64,000 nt of DNA. Source: Candidatus Marinacidobacterium sp. GTDB taxonomy: Bacteria; Acidobacteriota; Vicinamibacteria; Marinacidobacterales; Marinacidobacteraceae. The notes beneath the pieces were generated by a model, which was not told the origin of the DNA, did no database searches, and was given only the letters and a program-made list of their open reading frames with translations. Position numbers and translations under genes: made by a program. Position 1 is the first letter of the stretch, and every line of letters begins with the position of its first letter. The stretch is taken from NCBI GenBank assembly GCA_965204755.1, contig OZ242011.1:544001-608000 (forward strand), given 5' to 3'. Of this stretch, positions 9,862 through 19,019 are shown piece by piece.

Positions 9862-10950
9862 TTACGGCGCGGGGACCTCCCGGAGGAGGTGGGCCAGCAG
9901 GCCGGGAAGGCCGGGTTCCCATACCGGCCTCGTCCCCGGCATCCAGAGGAAACCCGAGCGATGGAGTTCCTTCTCCGCAGCGGCCACTTCGTCATGGTCG
10001 GCGGCCTCGCCCGAAACCCGGCGGATGGCGGCCTCCAGTTCGCTGTCGGAGAGGACCGGTCGCGACTCGAAGGCTTCCGCGACCGCCCGCGCCGTTCGCA
10101 GCAGCCGCAGTTCCTCCAGTTCGCCGCAGCGGCGGCGGTAGTGGTCGTTCCGCTGCCGGTCGAAGTCGGCCTGGCAGGCGCGAACATCCTCGGAGACGAT
10201 CTCCCGGCGAGAGGTCGCGGCGGCGCGCGCCCATACCGCCTCGCCCCAGAGTTGGACGAAGAAGGAATACCCCTCGCTTTCGCGAAAGATGCGCTCCAAC
10301 GCTTCGTCCGTGATGGTGAGGTCTTCGGCTTCCAGCGGCTTCCGGATCGCGTCCGCCGCCGCGCGCTCGTCCAGGCGTCCGATCCGGAACTTCCGGCCGC
10401 GGCCCCAGAAAGAGGCGCCCAGGGTCGACAGGTGGTCGCGCAGGTTCGGCGCTCCCGCGAGCGCCAGGAGGAACGGCGCGGACGAACCGACCTGTTGCGC
10501 CGCGTTCAGGAGGGCGCAACCGGTCTTGCGGTCGATGGTCTGCGCTTCGTCGATCAGCAGGGCCAGCGGGTTCCGGCTGACCCGAAGGTCGAGGGCCCGC
10601 GTGAGATCCGGCGTTACCGGGCCCCAGGCGCGGTCGCGGGCGGTCTTCCACGACGAGGCCGGCAGCAGCAACTCGACCAGCGCGGCGGAGGAATCGAACT
10701 CCGCCGGCGTGAGCGTTTCCACCTCCACGCCGGTGGACGCCCGCGCTTCCTCGCTGACCCACCCGAGGAACGCCGTCACGCCGCAGCCGGGCGGCCCGTA
10801 GAGGATGACCTCGCTCGGCGCCGGCCGGCCGCGGTCGAGGTCGAAGAAGAGCCTCCCGAAGTAGTCCTGCTGCTCCTCCCGCCCGGCGAGGTGCGGCGGC
10901 CTGAGGTCGGGTCCGGGCCGGAACGGCCCCTCGCGGGTCTCGATGCGCAT
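9862..10950 (-). CDS. AAA_16/STAND-like ATPase, family B paralog 5, degenerate Walker A
   Basis: Aligns end to end with the paralogs, but Walker A reads GPPGCGVT (Lys lost); Walker B LLIDEAQ. Confidence 0.8.
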   Translation of the reverse strand: MRIETREGPFRPGPDLRPPHLAGREEQQDYFGRLFFDLDRGRPAPSEVILYGPPGCGVTAFLGWVSEEARASTGVEVETLTPAEFDSSAALVELLLPASSWKTARDRAWGPVTPDLTRALDLRVSRNPLALLIDEAQTIDRKTGCALLNAAQQVGSSAPFLLALAGAPNLRDHLSTLGASFWGRGRKFRIGRLDERAAADAIRKPLEAEDLTITDEALERIFRESEGYSFFVQLWGEAVWARAAATSRREIVSEDVRACQADFDRQRNDHYRRRCGELEELRLLRTARAVAEAFESRPVLSDSELEAAIRRVSGEAADHDEVAAAEKELHRSGFLWMPGTRPVWEPGLPGLLAHLLREVPAP

Positions 10951-11016
10951 GGGAACCAGTCTAGCCCCGGGGTTCCGGCGCCGGGCGCCGGCGAATCCGA
11001 ATCCCCGGTCGGGGTA

Positions 11017-11651
11017 TCAGGGGGCCGTTCGCCGCCTCGGTTTCCGGCGGATGTCGTCGTTCGCTTCGAGCGAGGCGATGCTCTCGCCGCCCGGATTCGA
11101 GAGCCGCGCCGAGTCCCGGGGCGGGATCTGCCGCCGGTCGGCGAAGACCGGCGGGGACTCGAACTCCGGGGCGCGTCGGTGGAACCGGGGAAACCCGGTC
11201 GTCTTCAGCCGCGCCTCGCCGCGGTTCGGGAGGCCGTGGATTCGACGCGCGGCCGGGAGAGGAAGGCCAGGTCGCAGATCCGCGTCAAGGCCTGTCCGAA
11301 ACGGAAGAGGGAGAGCGACAACCGCTCCGGAGTCGTGTCGAGGACGAAGGCGCCTTCGTCCCATTCGAGCCCCGACTCGGTCATCACGCGCTCCAGCAGC
11401 ATTCCCCGAACGCCTTCGAAGAAGTCGTCCACTTCGTGCTCGTAACTGAGGTGCATCATCGTGTGCCCGCAGTCGGAGAGCCGCAGCCGCCCGTCAGGGG
11501 TTTCGGACAGGCGGATCGGATAGCGGTCGCCGTCCGGAAACGCGAAGGGCGTTCGCAGCCACCGGCTGCCGTCCGGCCGCGAGTCCACGCCCACTTCGCG
11601 GCACAGGTTTTCGCGGAGCCGGCGCTCCAGGTCTTTCGGGTCGAGGGTCAT
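11017..11651 (-). pseudogene. DUF1828/DUF1829-like gene, internally deleted and frameshifted
   Basis: 11205-11651 encodes a DUF1828-like N-terminus (TPFAFPDGD, LSDCGHT) that breaks after RVEST. A different frame continues GLPNRGEARLKT...FESPPVFADRRQIPPRDSARLSNPGGESIASLEANDDIRRK, which resembles the family C-terminus as I recall it. Confidence 0.6.
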
Positions 11652-11691
11652 TCGGGAAGGATGGCCATTTCCATACCGGAGCGTAGTCCGG

Positions 11692-12975
11692 TCAATCGCG
11701 TCGTCCTTCCCGGTCGGCGGCGAGGAGGGAGCGGCGGAGCAGGTCCAGCGCATAGGTGGAGGTGAGGCGGCGCACCAGGGGGCGGTCGCCGGGGAAGCGG
11801 TGGCGTTCGGCGCGATTGACCGGGCCGGCGACGGCGATCCATACCAGGCCGACGGGTTTGGCGCGGCTGCCGCCGCCCGGGCCGGCGATTCCGGTTACGG
11901 CGAGGCCCCAGGCGTTTCCGGCGCGGCGGCGGACGCCCTCGGCCATCCGTTCGGCGACCGCGCGGCTGACCGCGCCTTCGGCGGCGAGGGTGTCCGGGGG
12001 GACGCCGAGCAGGGCGGTCTTCGCTTCGTCGGCGTAAGCGGCGATGCCGAGGTCGAACCAGGCGGAGGCGCCGGGGACGCGGGTGAGGCGTTCGGCGATG
12101 AGGCCGCCGGTGAGGGACTCCGCCATGGCCGCGCGTTCGCCGCGGCGGGCGAGTTCGCGGCCCACGGCGTGTTCGAGGCGTTCGGCGGGGGCGCGGGTAT
12201 AGACGGCGTCGCCGAGGCGTTCCGCGATGCGGTCGGCGAGGGCGGCGGCGGCGGGTTTCTCCCCGGCGGGGGCGGAGACCCGGAGGGAGATTTCGCCGCC
12301 GGAGGCGAGGACGCTGACTTCGAGGGGGGACGGGGGCTTCGGGTAGAGGTCGGCGAGGCGCTCTTCCAGCCGGGATTCGGGGAGGCCGGCGAGGCCCAGG
12401 GTGAAGGCGGCCGGCGCTTCGGTCGCGCCGGACTTGCCGGCGAGCCGGGGCGCGGCTTCGGCGTCGAACATCGCCGCGAGTTCCCTCGGGGGGCCGGGGA
12501 GGAGGACGAGGACGGCGCCGGATGCGGCGCGGGCGAAGACTCCGGGGGCGGTCCCGGCGGGGTTCGGCAGCGCCTCCGCGCCTTCGGGGAGGAGGGCCTG
12601 GCGGCGGTTCACCGCCGGCATGGCGAAGCCGCGCTGCCGGAAGCGGGACTCGATGCGGCGGAGGGAGGGGGCGTGTTCCGCCAGCGGTCGCGAGAGGGCG
12701 GCGGCGGCCGCGGCGCGGGTGCGGTCGTCGGTGGTGGGGCCGAGGCCGCCGGCGGCCAGGACGAAGCGGAAACGGTCGAGGGCGGCGCGGATGGTTTCGG
12801 TGAGGAGGGCTTCGTCGTCGCCGACCACCGCCTGGTGGAGGGTGGGGATGCCGAGGGCGGCGAGGCGCTCCTTGAGGAGGGGGGTGTTGCGGTCGCGGCG
12901 GCGGGGGCGGAGGAGTTCCGAGCCGACCGCGACCACCGCGGCGCCGGCGGCGAGCCGGTCGCCGGCGTCCGTCAT
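11692..12975 (-). CDS. cinA: CinA family protein (MoCF-like domain plus NMN deamidase PncC domain)
   Basis: AVGSELL, GGLGPTTDDRT, NPAGTAPG, LPGPPREL, AESLTGG, GIAGPGGG, KPVGLVWIA. Confidence 0.93.
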   Translation of the reverse strand: MTDAGDRLAAGAAVVAVGSELLRPRRRDRNTPLLKERLAALGIPTLHQAVVGDDEALLTETIRAALDRFRFVLAAGGLGPTTDDRTRAAAAAALSRPLAEHAPSLRRIESRFRQRGFAMPAVNRRQALLPEGAEALPNPAGTAPGVFARAASGAVLVLLPGPPRELAAMFDAEAAPRLAGKSGATEAPAAFTLGLAGLPESRLEERLADLYPKPPSPLEVSVLASGGEISLRVSAPAGEKPAAAALADRIAERLGDAVYTRAPAERLEHAVGRELARRGERAAMAESLTGGLIAERLTRVPGASAWFDLGIAAYADEAKTALLGVPPDTLAAEGAVSRAVAERMAEGVRRRAGNAWGLAVTGIAGPGGGSRAKPVGLVWIAVAGPVNRAERHRFPGDRPLVRRLTSTYALDLLRRSLLAADREGRRD

Positions 12976-13099
12976 CAGCGGCGCCGCCGCGGCGCGCTCC
13001 CGCTCCGCGCCGCCGGCGAACGCGGTTCCGGGAGCCGGGGGCGCCGGGCGGGAAGCGCCGGGCCGGCGGCCGACACGGCGCCCGGAACGGGGGACGGAC

Positions 13100-14155
13100 T
13101 CAGTAGCCGAAGAAGGCGAACAGGAGGACGCGGGTGACGAGGCCGGCGGCGAGGTCGTCCGCCATGATGCCGAAGCCGCCGGGCAGGCGCTCGAGTTGGC
13201 GGATGGGCGGGGGCTTCGCGATGTCCAGCGCCCGGAAGAGGGCGAACGCGCCGAGCAGGAGCGCGGCGGGGGCGCCGGCGCCGAAGGCGGCGAGCCACAT
13301 CCCGCAGGCTTCGTCCACGACCACTTCCGGCGGGTCCTTGCGCCCGGAGGCGGCTGCGTAGCGGTGGGCGGCCCAGGTCCCGAGCGCGGTCGCGCCGACG
13401 AAGAGGGCGATCCCGGTCAGCGGGGACAGGCCGCGGGTGAGCAGGGCGGCGGCGAGGCCGACCAGGGCGCCGAAGGTGCCGGGGGCGTGGGGGAGGCGGC
13501 CGACGAAACCGACGGTGGCGAGGAGCCGGGCGAAGACGCCGGAAGCGGAGACTCCCTCGGCGCGGCGGCCGCGCCGGGCGACTTCGTCCCAGTCCGCGTC
13601 CTCCCAGTCGCGGTCGGGGTCGCGGTGCGACTCCTCCGCCGGCGGCGGGGGGTCCGGGTCGCCCAGCGGGCCGGGGGGGGACGGCTGCGGGGCGGCGGGG
13701 TCGGCAGGCGCGGGCGGCGAGGCCGCCGGGGGAGTCGCGATTCCCGAGGGGGCCTCTGCCGGGGCCGGGCCCGGAGCCGGGGCAACCGGGGAGCGCGAGG
13801 CGGTGGAGGCCCGGAGCCGCCGCTCCACCCGCTCGCGCACCGCCGTCTCCGGCCCGTCCGGCGAACTGACCGGCGAACCGCTCGGCAACCCGTCCGGCGA
13901 ACCGCTCGGCGAACCGGCCCGCGACCCGCTCGGCGAACCGGCCGGCGGCGCCTCCGGTTCGCTCGCGGGCCCGCGTTCGGCGCCGCCGTCGCCGCCGGGT
14001 TCCGGGCGGGCGTCGCCGATCGAGCGCACGCGGCGGCGAACCGCGTCGCTCCAGTGCTCGTCGTTCCGCGAGTCGGGCGGGGAGTCCGGGGAGCGGCCCC
14101 CGTCCGGCCCGGCCGCCGGGCGGCCCCCGGAACGCCGCCCGCCGTCCGGGCTCAC
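13100..14155 (-). CDS. pgpA: Phosphatidylglycerophosphatase A with long Pro/Gly-rich N-terminal extension (start uncertain)
   Basis: APGTFG, KDPPEVVVDE, FRALDIAKPPPI, GGFGIMADD. GTG 14155 preferred because TTG 14242 overlaps a TATAGT -10-like box. Confidence 0.85.
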   Translation of the reverse strand: MSPDGGRRSGGRPAAGPDGGRSPDSPPDSRNDEHWSDAVRRRVRSIGDARPEPGGDGGAERGPASEPEAPPAGSPSGSRAGSPSGSPDGLPSGSPVSSPDGPETAVRERVERRLRASTASRSPVAPAPGPAPAEAPSGIATPPAASPPAPADPAAPQPSPPGPLGDPDPPPPAEESHRDPDRDWEDADWDEVARRGRRAEGVSASGVFARLLATVGFVGRLPHAPGTFGALVGLAAALLTRGLSPLTGIALFVGATALGTWAAHRYAAASGRKDPPEVVVDEACGMWLAAFGAGAPAALLLGAFALFRALDIAKPPPIRQLERLPGGFGIMADDLAAGLVTRVLLFAFFGY

Positions 14156-14330
14156 CGCCCGCCGGGAGCCGACGCGCCCGCGTTCCCCGGTGGGCCGAGC
14201 CGCCGGAAACGGGGGAAATCGGACGGACGCACCGGCGGGCAACTATACGGCCCGCGGGGAGGGCGCCCCGCCGGCCCTTCCCGACCGGAAGGCACGAAAT
14301 CCCCGCGTGGTTTCCCGATGGGATCGGCGG

Positions 14331-17087
14331 TCAGGTCTTCCGGCAGCGGAGGAAGCGGTGCGCGTTTCCCGGGTCGAGCCCGGCGGGCGAATCGCCGTCC
14401 GGATCGCCGTCCCGGCCCTGGGCGTCCCACGAGCAGGTGAGGGAGACCTCGATCGTGCGCAGGCAGGCGTCGGACTCCTTGTACAGGGACAGCGTGAACC
14501 CGCCTTCGATCTCCACATCGTCCGCGTCGCAGCCGCGGCCGTCGGAGATGGTGCAGCGCGAGTGGCTGCCGGTGAAGTTGTCGGCGCGGCCGTTCCCCTC
14601 GCCGCCCCGGTCGAGGTCCACCTTGCCGAAGTCCCGGTAGGCCGGCTCGAGGTCCTCGTCGAGCACCGGGATGGTGAGCAGCGCGCGCTGGGGCCAGACC
14701 CGGCGGCCGGCGCCCTCGACCCAGGAGAGGCGCGGAAACGACAGCCGGTCGCCCCAGATCCACCAGGAGTCCTCCCGCCCCACCGAGTCGGTCCCGGCGT
14801 GGTCGGGAGAGGGGTAGTAGAGGTCCCGGTCGGCGCGGGTCCGGTCCACCTCCGGGCCGGAACCGGCTTCGCGCAGGTGGAGCCGGAAGAAGCGGCTCCC
14901 CGTCGGGCGGGGGAGGTTGCGGTACATCTCGCCGACTTCGGTGACCGCCGTACCGGTGCGGTCGGGGAGCGGCGCCAGGTTGCGGGCGAGTTGGAGCGCG
15001 GCGAGGCGGCCGCCCTCGACCAGGGCGCGGAGGCGGAATCGCCGGCGGCCGTCGCCGAACGCGTCCTCCGTCCCGCGCGGGGCGCCGTCGTATCGGGACG
15101 GCCCGAGGTCGGCGATGGAGCCGTCGCCCCAGAAGCGGTCGACTTCCTCCTCGAACAGGTCGCACATGTCCACCTGTTCGGCGGCGGGGAAGGAGAGCGG
15201 GGGGCACTCCACTTCGTCGAAGGGGTCCCGGCCGGTCGGCCAATCCACGCGGCTGCCGGCCCAGGGCGCGGCGATCTCCGGCGCGGCCCGCAGGGTGTAG
15301 CCGGCGAGGTGGTCGGCGCGGCTCTCGCCCCGGGCGCGGCGGCCGGCGAGACCCTTGCCGCGCTGGCCGGAGGTGTCGTCGGTGACGATGCGGAAGCAGT
15401 GGCGGGGCTTTTGGATGCGGTCGGCGCCGGGGATGTCGTAACTGCCGGTGTCGGTGAGCCAGGCGTTTTGGTGGGCGCCGCCGCCGGGGGCGAGGAAGGG
15501 GCGGCCGGGCTCGGCTTCCCCGGTGCGGACTTCCTCGGCGGTGAGGAAGAAACAGTCGTGGTCGCCGTTGCGGAGGGGGCCGGCGGTGGTCTGCGTCAGG
15601 TTCTCGGTTCCGTAGGCGCTCCAGGCGTCTTCGTCGGTTTCGAGGCGGCCGCCGAAGACATGGACGCGGGTTTCGTCGTCCCGGGTCAGGTCGAGCGGGG
15701 TCGGCCGGCGGGCGGCGGGGACTTCGGGGCCGCGGACCGCCAGGGGGCCTCCGCTGCCGGCGAGGGTGGCGAACTCGTGGGTGAGGGTTACCGGGGCGGT
15801 GGCGGTGTAGGTCCAGCCGGCGTCGAGTCCGTTCACCCGGTCCTGGCCGTCGTTCATGACCAGGCCGGCCTCCAACTCGAAGTCGGCGTCGAAGGCGGCG
15901 CAGACCGGGGAGTCGGCGGCGGCGAGCCGGGGGGCGGGAGGCGGTTCGTCGGCGGGTTCCGAGCAGCGGAAGGGGCCGCAGGTGAAGTAGAGGATGTCGT
16001 CGGTGGCCTCGGCCGCGGGGCCGGGTTCCGTCGTGAGGCGGGTGAAGGAGAAGGTGACGCCGTTTCGGGCGATTTCGGCTTGGAGGGCGCGCCAGGCGGT
16101 GTGGGCGAAGGGGGCGCTCGTTCCGGAGCGGAGGTCGAGCGGGGGGGCGTCGTCGTCGAACTCGGGCGCCATCCGGGCGGGGGCGGAAGCGGTGACGGTG
16201 AGCGCGGGGTTGACGCGGGCCGCCGCGCGGCGGGGGTCGGTTTCGTCGTCGGGACAGAAGACCTGGCCGGAGCAGTCGGGGTCGGCGGTTCTCGCCGGAA
16301 GGGCCAGGCGGACTTCGAGTTTCGGGGCGGCCGCCGGGGTGGTTCCGGCGACGGGGGGGCTCCAGGCGCTGAGGACCGGCGAGGCCGCGCCTCCGGCGGC
16401 GGCGCGGACCCGGAGGTAGACGGTGGTCTGCGGCGGGACGGCGGCGCGGTGGGTGGGGGCGGCGGTGGCGACGACGGCGGCGGCGGTCAGGGCCTCGGGG
16501 GTGGCGGCGACCTGGACCCGGTACACCAGGGCGTCGGGGACCGGGCTCCAGGCCCACTCGAGGTAGTCGGGGCCGGAGTCGGAGAGGTAGGGGAGCGGGG
16601 TGGCGAGGGTCGGGGGGGCGGATCGGGCGGCGCCCTGGGCGGTGGGGCTCCAGGGGCTTCGCCGGCTCCCGGCGAGGGCGCGGACGCGGGCGTAGCCGGC
16701 GGTTCCGGGGGTTACCGGGAAGCGGTGGGAGGTGGCGGTGGTTTCGGCGGAGGTGACGGAGGCGAAACTGCCGGCGACCCGGCTGAGTTGGGCTTCGTAG
16801 GCGGTGGCGCCGGGGACCGCGTCCCAGCGGAACTCGATGAAGTCGGGGCCGGCGGCGGAGGCGGCGAGGTTCGCCGGGGCGGCGAGCCCGGGCGGGGTGG
16901 TCGGGGTGGGGGTTGGGGCGGGCTGCGGGGTCGGGGCGGGCGTCGCCGGGGAGTCGCGGTCGCAGGCGGCGGCGAGGGCGGCGAGGGCCGCGAGGAGCAG
17001 CGCGGGAACGGCGAGGCGCGGGGCGATGCCCGCGGCGATGGCCGGGCGCGGGGCGATGGCCGGGCGCGGGACGGGCGGGCGGTGCAT
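14331..17087 (-). CDS. Large lipoprotein with two fibronectin type III-like domains and an uncharacterised Cys-containing C-terminal region
   Basis: Signal peptide and lipobox LAAAC, Pro/Thr linker, two repeats of type APANL..DFIEFRWDAVPGATAYEAQ / DYLEWAWSPVPDALVYRVQ. Confidence 0.7.
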   Translation of the reverse strand: MHRPPVPRPAIAPRPAIAAGIAPRLAVPALLLAALAALAAACDRDSPATPAPTPQPAPTPTPTTPPGLAAPANLAASAAGPDFIEFRWDAVPGATAYEAQLSRVAGSFASVTSAETTATSHRFPVTPGTAGYARVRALAGSRRSPWSPTAQGAARSAPPTLATPLPYLSDSGPDYLEWAWSPVPDALVYRVQVAATPEALTAAAVVATAAPTHRAAVPPQTTVYLRVRAAAGGAASPVLSAWSPPVAGTTPAAAPKLEVRLALPARTADPDCSGQVFCPDDETDPRRAAARVNPALTVTASAPARMAPEFDDDAPPLDLRSGTSAPFAHTAWRALQAEIARNGVTFSFTRLTTEPGPAAEATDDILYFTCGPFRCSEPADEPPPAPRLAAADSPVCAAFDADFELEAGLVMNDGQDRVNGLDAGWTYTATAPVTLTHEFATLAGSGGPLAVRGPEVPAARRPTPLDLTRDDETRVHVFGGRLETDEDAWSAYGTENLTQTTAGPLRNGDHDCFFLTAEEVRTGEAEPGRPFLAPGGGAHQNAWLTDTGSYDIPGADRIQKPRHCFRIVTDDTSGQRGKGLAGRRARGESRADHLAGYTLRAAPEIAAPWAGSRVDWPTGRDPFDEVECPPLSFPAAEQVDMCDLFEEEVDRFWGDGSIADLGPSRYDGAPRGTEDAFGDGRRRFRLRALVEGGRLAALQLARNLAPLPDRTGTAVTEVGEMYRNLPRPTGSRFFRLHLREAGSGPEVDRTRADRDLYYPSPDHAGTDSVGREDSWWIWGDRLSFPRLSWVEGAGRRVWPQRALLTIPVLDEDLEPAYRDFGKVDLDRGGEGNGRADNFTGSHSRCTISDGRGCDADDVEIEGGFTLSLYKESDACLRTIEVSLTCSWDAQGRDGDPDGDSPAGLDPGNAHRFLRCRKT

Positions 17088-17406
17088 CTCGGTGGGGGCG
17101 GCGCGATCCCGGGCCGGCGAATCGGGCCGGGCGAACGGACGCCGGCCGCCCGCGGCGGGTTCCCCGGCGACCCGAAGCGGGCGGGGGCGGCGCCTCGCGT
17201 TTCCGGCCCGGCCCGGGCCGGACGCCGTCGGGCGCGGTCGGGCTCACCTTCGCCGAGGTTCGGGATCGAACGCAGTCATTCTTTCACGGGAAAGCCCCCG
17301 GGAGGCGGCGCCGGGGCGGCCGCCGCGCGGGCGGCGCGGGCCGGACGGACGCGGGCGCGGCGGCCGCGCCGGCGCGGGGGCCGGGCGCGATAATGGTTCG
17401 CAAAAG

Positions 17407-18984
17407 ATGCGTCGCTTCAACACGGAAGGGCCGGTTCGCGCGGACCGGCACTACTGCGTCCCGCCGCTCGAGCGGGTGGACCTCGACGACATCCTGTCGC
17501 TGGTTCGCGACGAGCGGTACTTCGTCCTCCACGCGCCCCGCCAGACCGGGAAGACCACGACGCTGCGGGCGCTGCGCGACCGGCTGAACGAGGGGGCGGC
17601 CGGGCCGTTGCGGTGCGTGTACGCGAACCTCGAGGGGGCGGAGGCGCACCGCGAAGACCTCGAGCCGGCCATGCGCACGGTTCTGGCCGCCGTGGCTCGC
17701 GGGGAGCAGTCCGGGGGCGGCGGCGAGTTTCGCCGCATCTGGCCGAAAGCCCTGGCCGAAGTCGGGCCCGGCAGCGCCTTCAACGAGGCGTTGACGCAGT
17801 GGTCGCTGGCCTCCCCGAAGCCGATCGTGCTGCTCCTGGACGAAGTGGACACGCTCGTCGGCGACAGCCTGATTTCGGTGCTGCGTCAACTCCGTTCCGG
17901 CTACACCGATCGTCGAGGGGACTTTCCGCAGAGCGTGGTGCTGTGCGGCGTGCGGGATGTGCGCGAGTACCGGATGCAGTTCGACCCCGGCAAGAAGAAG
18001 ACCGGCGGGGGAAGCGCGTTCAACATCGAGGCGAAGTCGCTGCGTCTCGGGGACTTCGGCGAGGCGGAGATCCGCGCGCTGTACGCCCGGCACACGGAGG
18101 AAACCGGGCAGGAGTTCGAGCCGGGGGCGTTGGATACGGTCCGGGAGCAGACGCAAGGGCAACCGTGGCTGGTGAACGCGCTCGCCAACGAGGCGTGCTT
18201 CGAGAACGAGGCCGGCCGCGACCGGAGTCGGCCGATCACGGAGGCGAACATCCTCGCGGCCCGGGAAGCGCTGATCCTCCGGCGCGACACCCACCTCGAC
18301 CAACTCGCCGCGAAGTTGGGGGAGGAACGCGTGCGCCGGGTCATCGAGCCCATGCTCAGCGGGGGCCGCGGCCGCGCGACCCAGCCCGACATCCAGTATG
18401 TGCGCGACCTCGGACTCATCGCGCGCGACGCCCCGACCCGCATCGCCAACCCGATCTACCGGGAGGTCATACTCCGGGAACTCGGCTCGTTGGTCCAGGA
18501 GGAGTTGACGGTCGAGCCGGCTTGGTATGTCGCCGCCGACGGGTCTCTCGATGTTCCGAAGTTGCTGGCGGGTTTCCAGGAGTTCTTCCGGGAGAACTCC
18601 GAGCACTGGATGGGGCGTTTCGACTACCGCGAGGCGGGGCCGCAGGTGCTGCTGCGGGCGTACTGCCACCGCGTGGTGAACAGCGGCGGACGAATCGAGC
18701 CGGAGTACGCGACCGGACGGGGCCGGATGGACCTGCTGCTGGAGTGGCCGCGGGGCGAGGGGCGCCGGGACCGTTTCGTGGTGGAGTGCAAGGTGCTGCA
18801 CGGGAATCGGGAGGCGACCGAGCGGGAGGGCCTGGAGCAAACGGCCGCCTACATGGACCGCAGCGGCGCGAAGGCCGGCCACCTGGTGATCTTCGACCGG
18901 AGCGGGAAGCGTTCGTGGTGGGAGAAGATCTACCGGCGGGAAGCGGAGCGGGACGGCTTCCCGATCACCATCTGGGGGATGTAG
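17407..18984 (+). CDS. AAA-family ATPase with PD-(D/E)XK domain (family A)
   Basis: MRRFNTEGPV, HAPRQTGKT, VLLLDE, GRMDLLLEW...FVVECK, ends ITIWGM. Confidence 0.88.
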   Translation: MRRFNTEGPVRADRHYCVPPLERVDLDDILSLVRDERYFVLHAPRQTGKTTTLRALRDRLNEGAAGPLRCVYANLEGAEAHREDLEPAMRTVLAAVARGEQSGGGGEFRRIWPKALAEVGPGSAFNEALTQWSLASPKPIVLLLDEVDTLVGDSLISVLRQLRSGYTDRRGDFPQSVVLCGVRDVREYRMQFDPGKKKTGGGSAFNIEAKSLRLGDFGEAEIRALYARHTEETGQEFEPGALDTVREQTQGQPWLVNALANEACFENEAGRDRSRPITEANILAAREALILRRDTHLDQLAAKLGEERVRRVIEPMLSGGRGRATQPDIQYVRDLGLIARDAPTRIANPIYREVILRELGSLVQEELTVEPAWYVAADGSLDVPKLLAGFQEFFRENSEHWMGRFDYREAGPQVLLRAYCHRVVNSGGRIEPEYATGRGRMDLLLEWPRGEGRRDRFVVECKVLHGNREATEREGLEQTAAYMDRSGAKAGHLVIFDRSGKRSWWEKIYRREAERDGFPITIWGM

Positions 18985-19019
18985 GCCGAGTCCCGGCCGA
19001 GGCGCGACAATCGCGGGCG

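Noticed and set aside
13437-17393. Very long antisense ORFs (e.g. 13437-17393, 46737-51341, 37901-40978, 40738-43752, 7505-10141)
   Set aside because: Shadow ORFs expected at very high GC; they lie opposite genes with clear motifs and have no motifs of their own.
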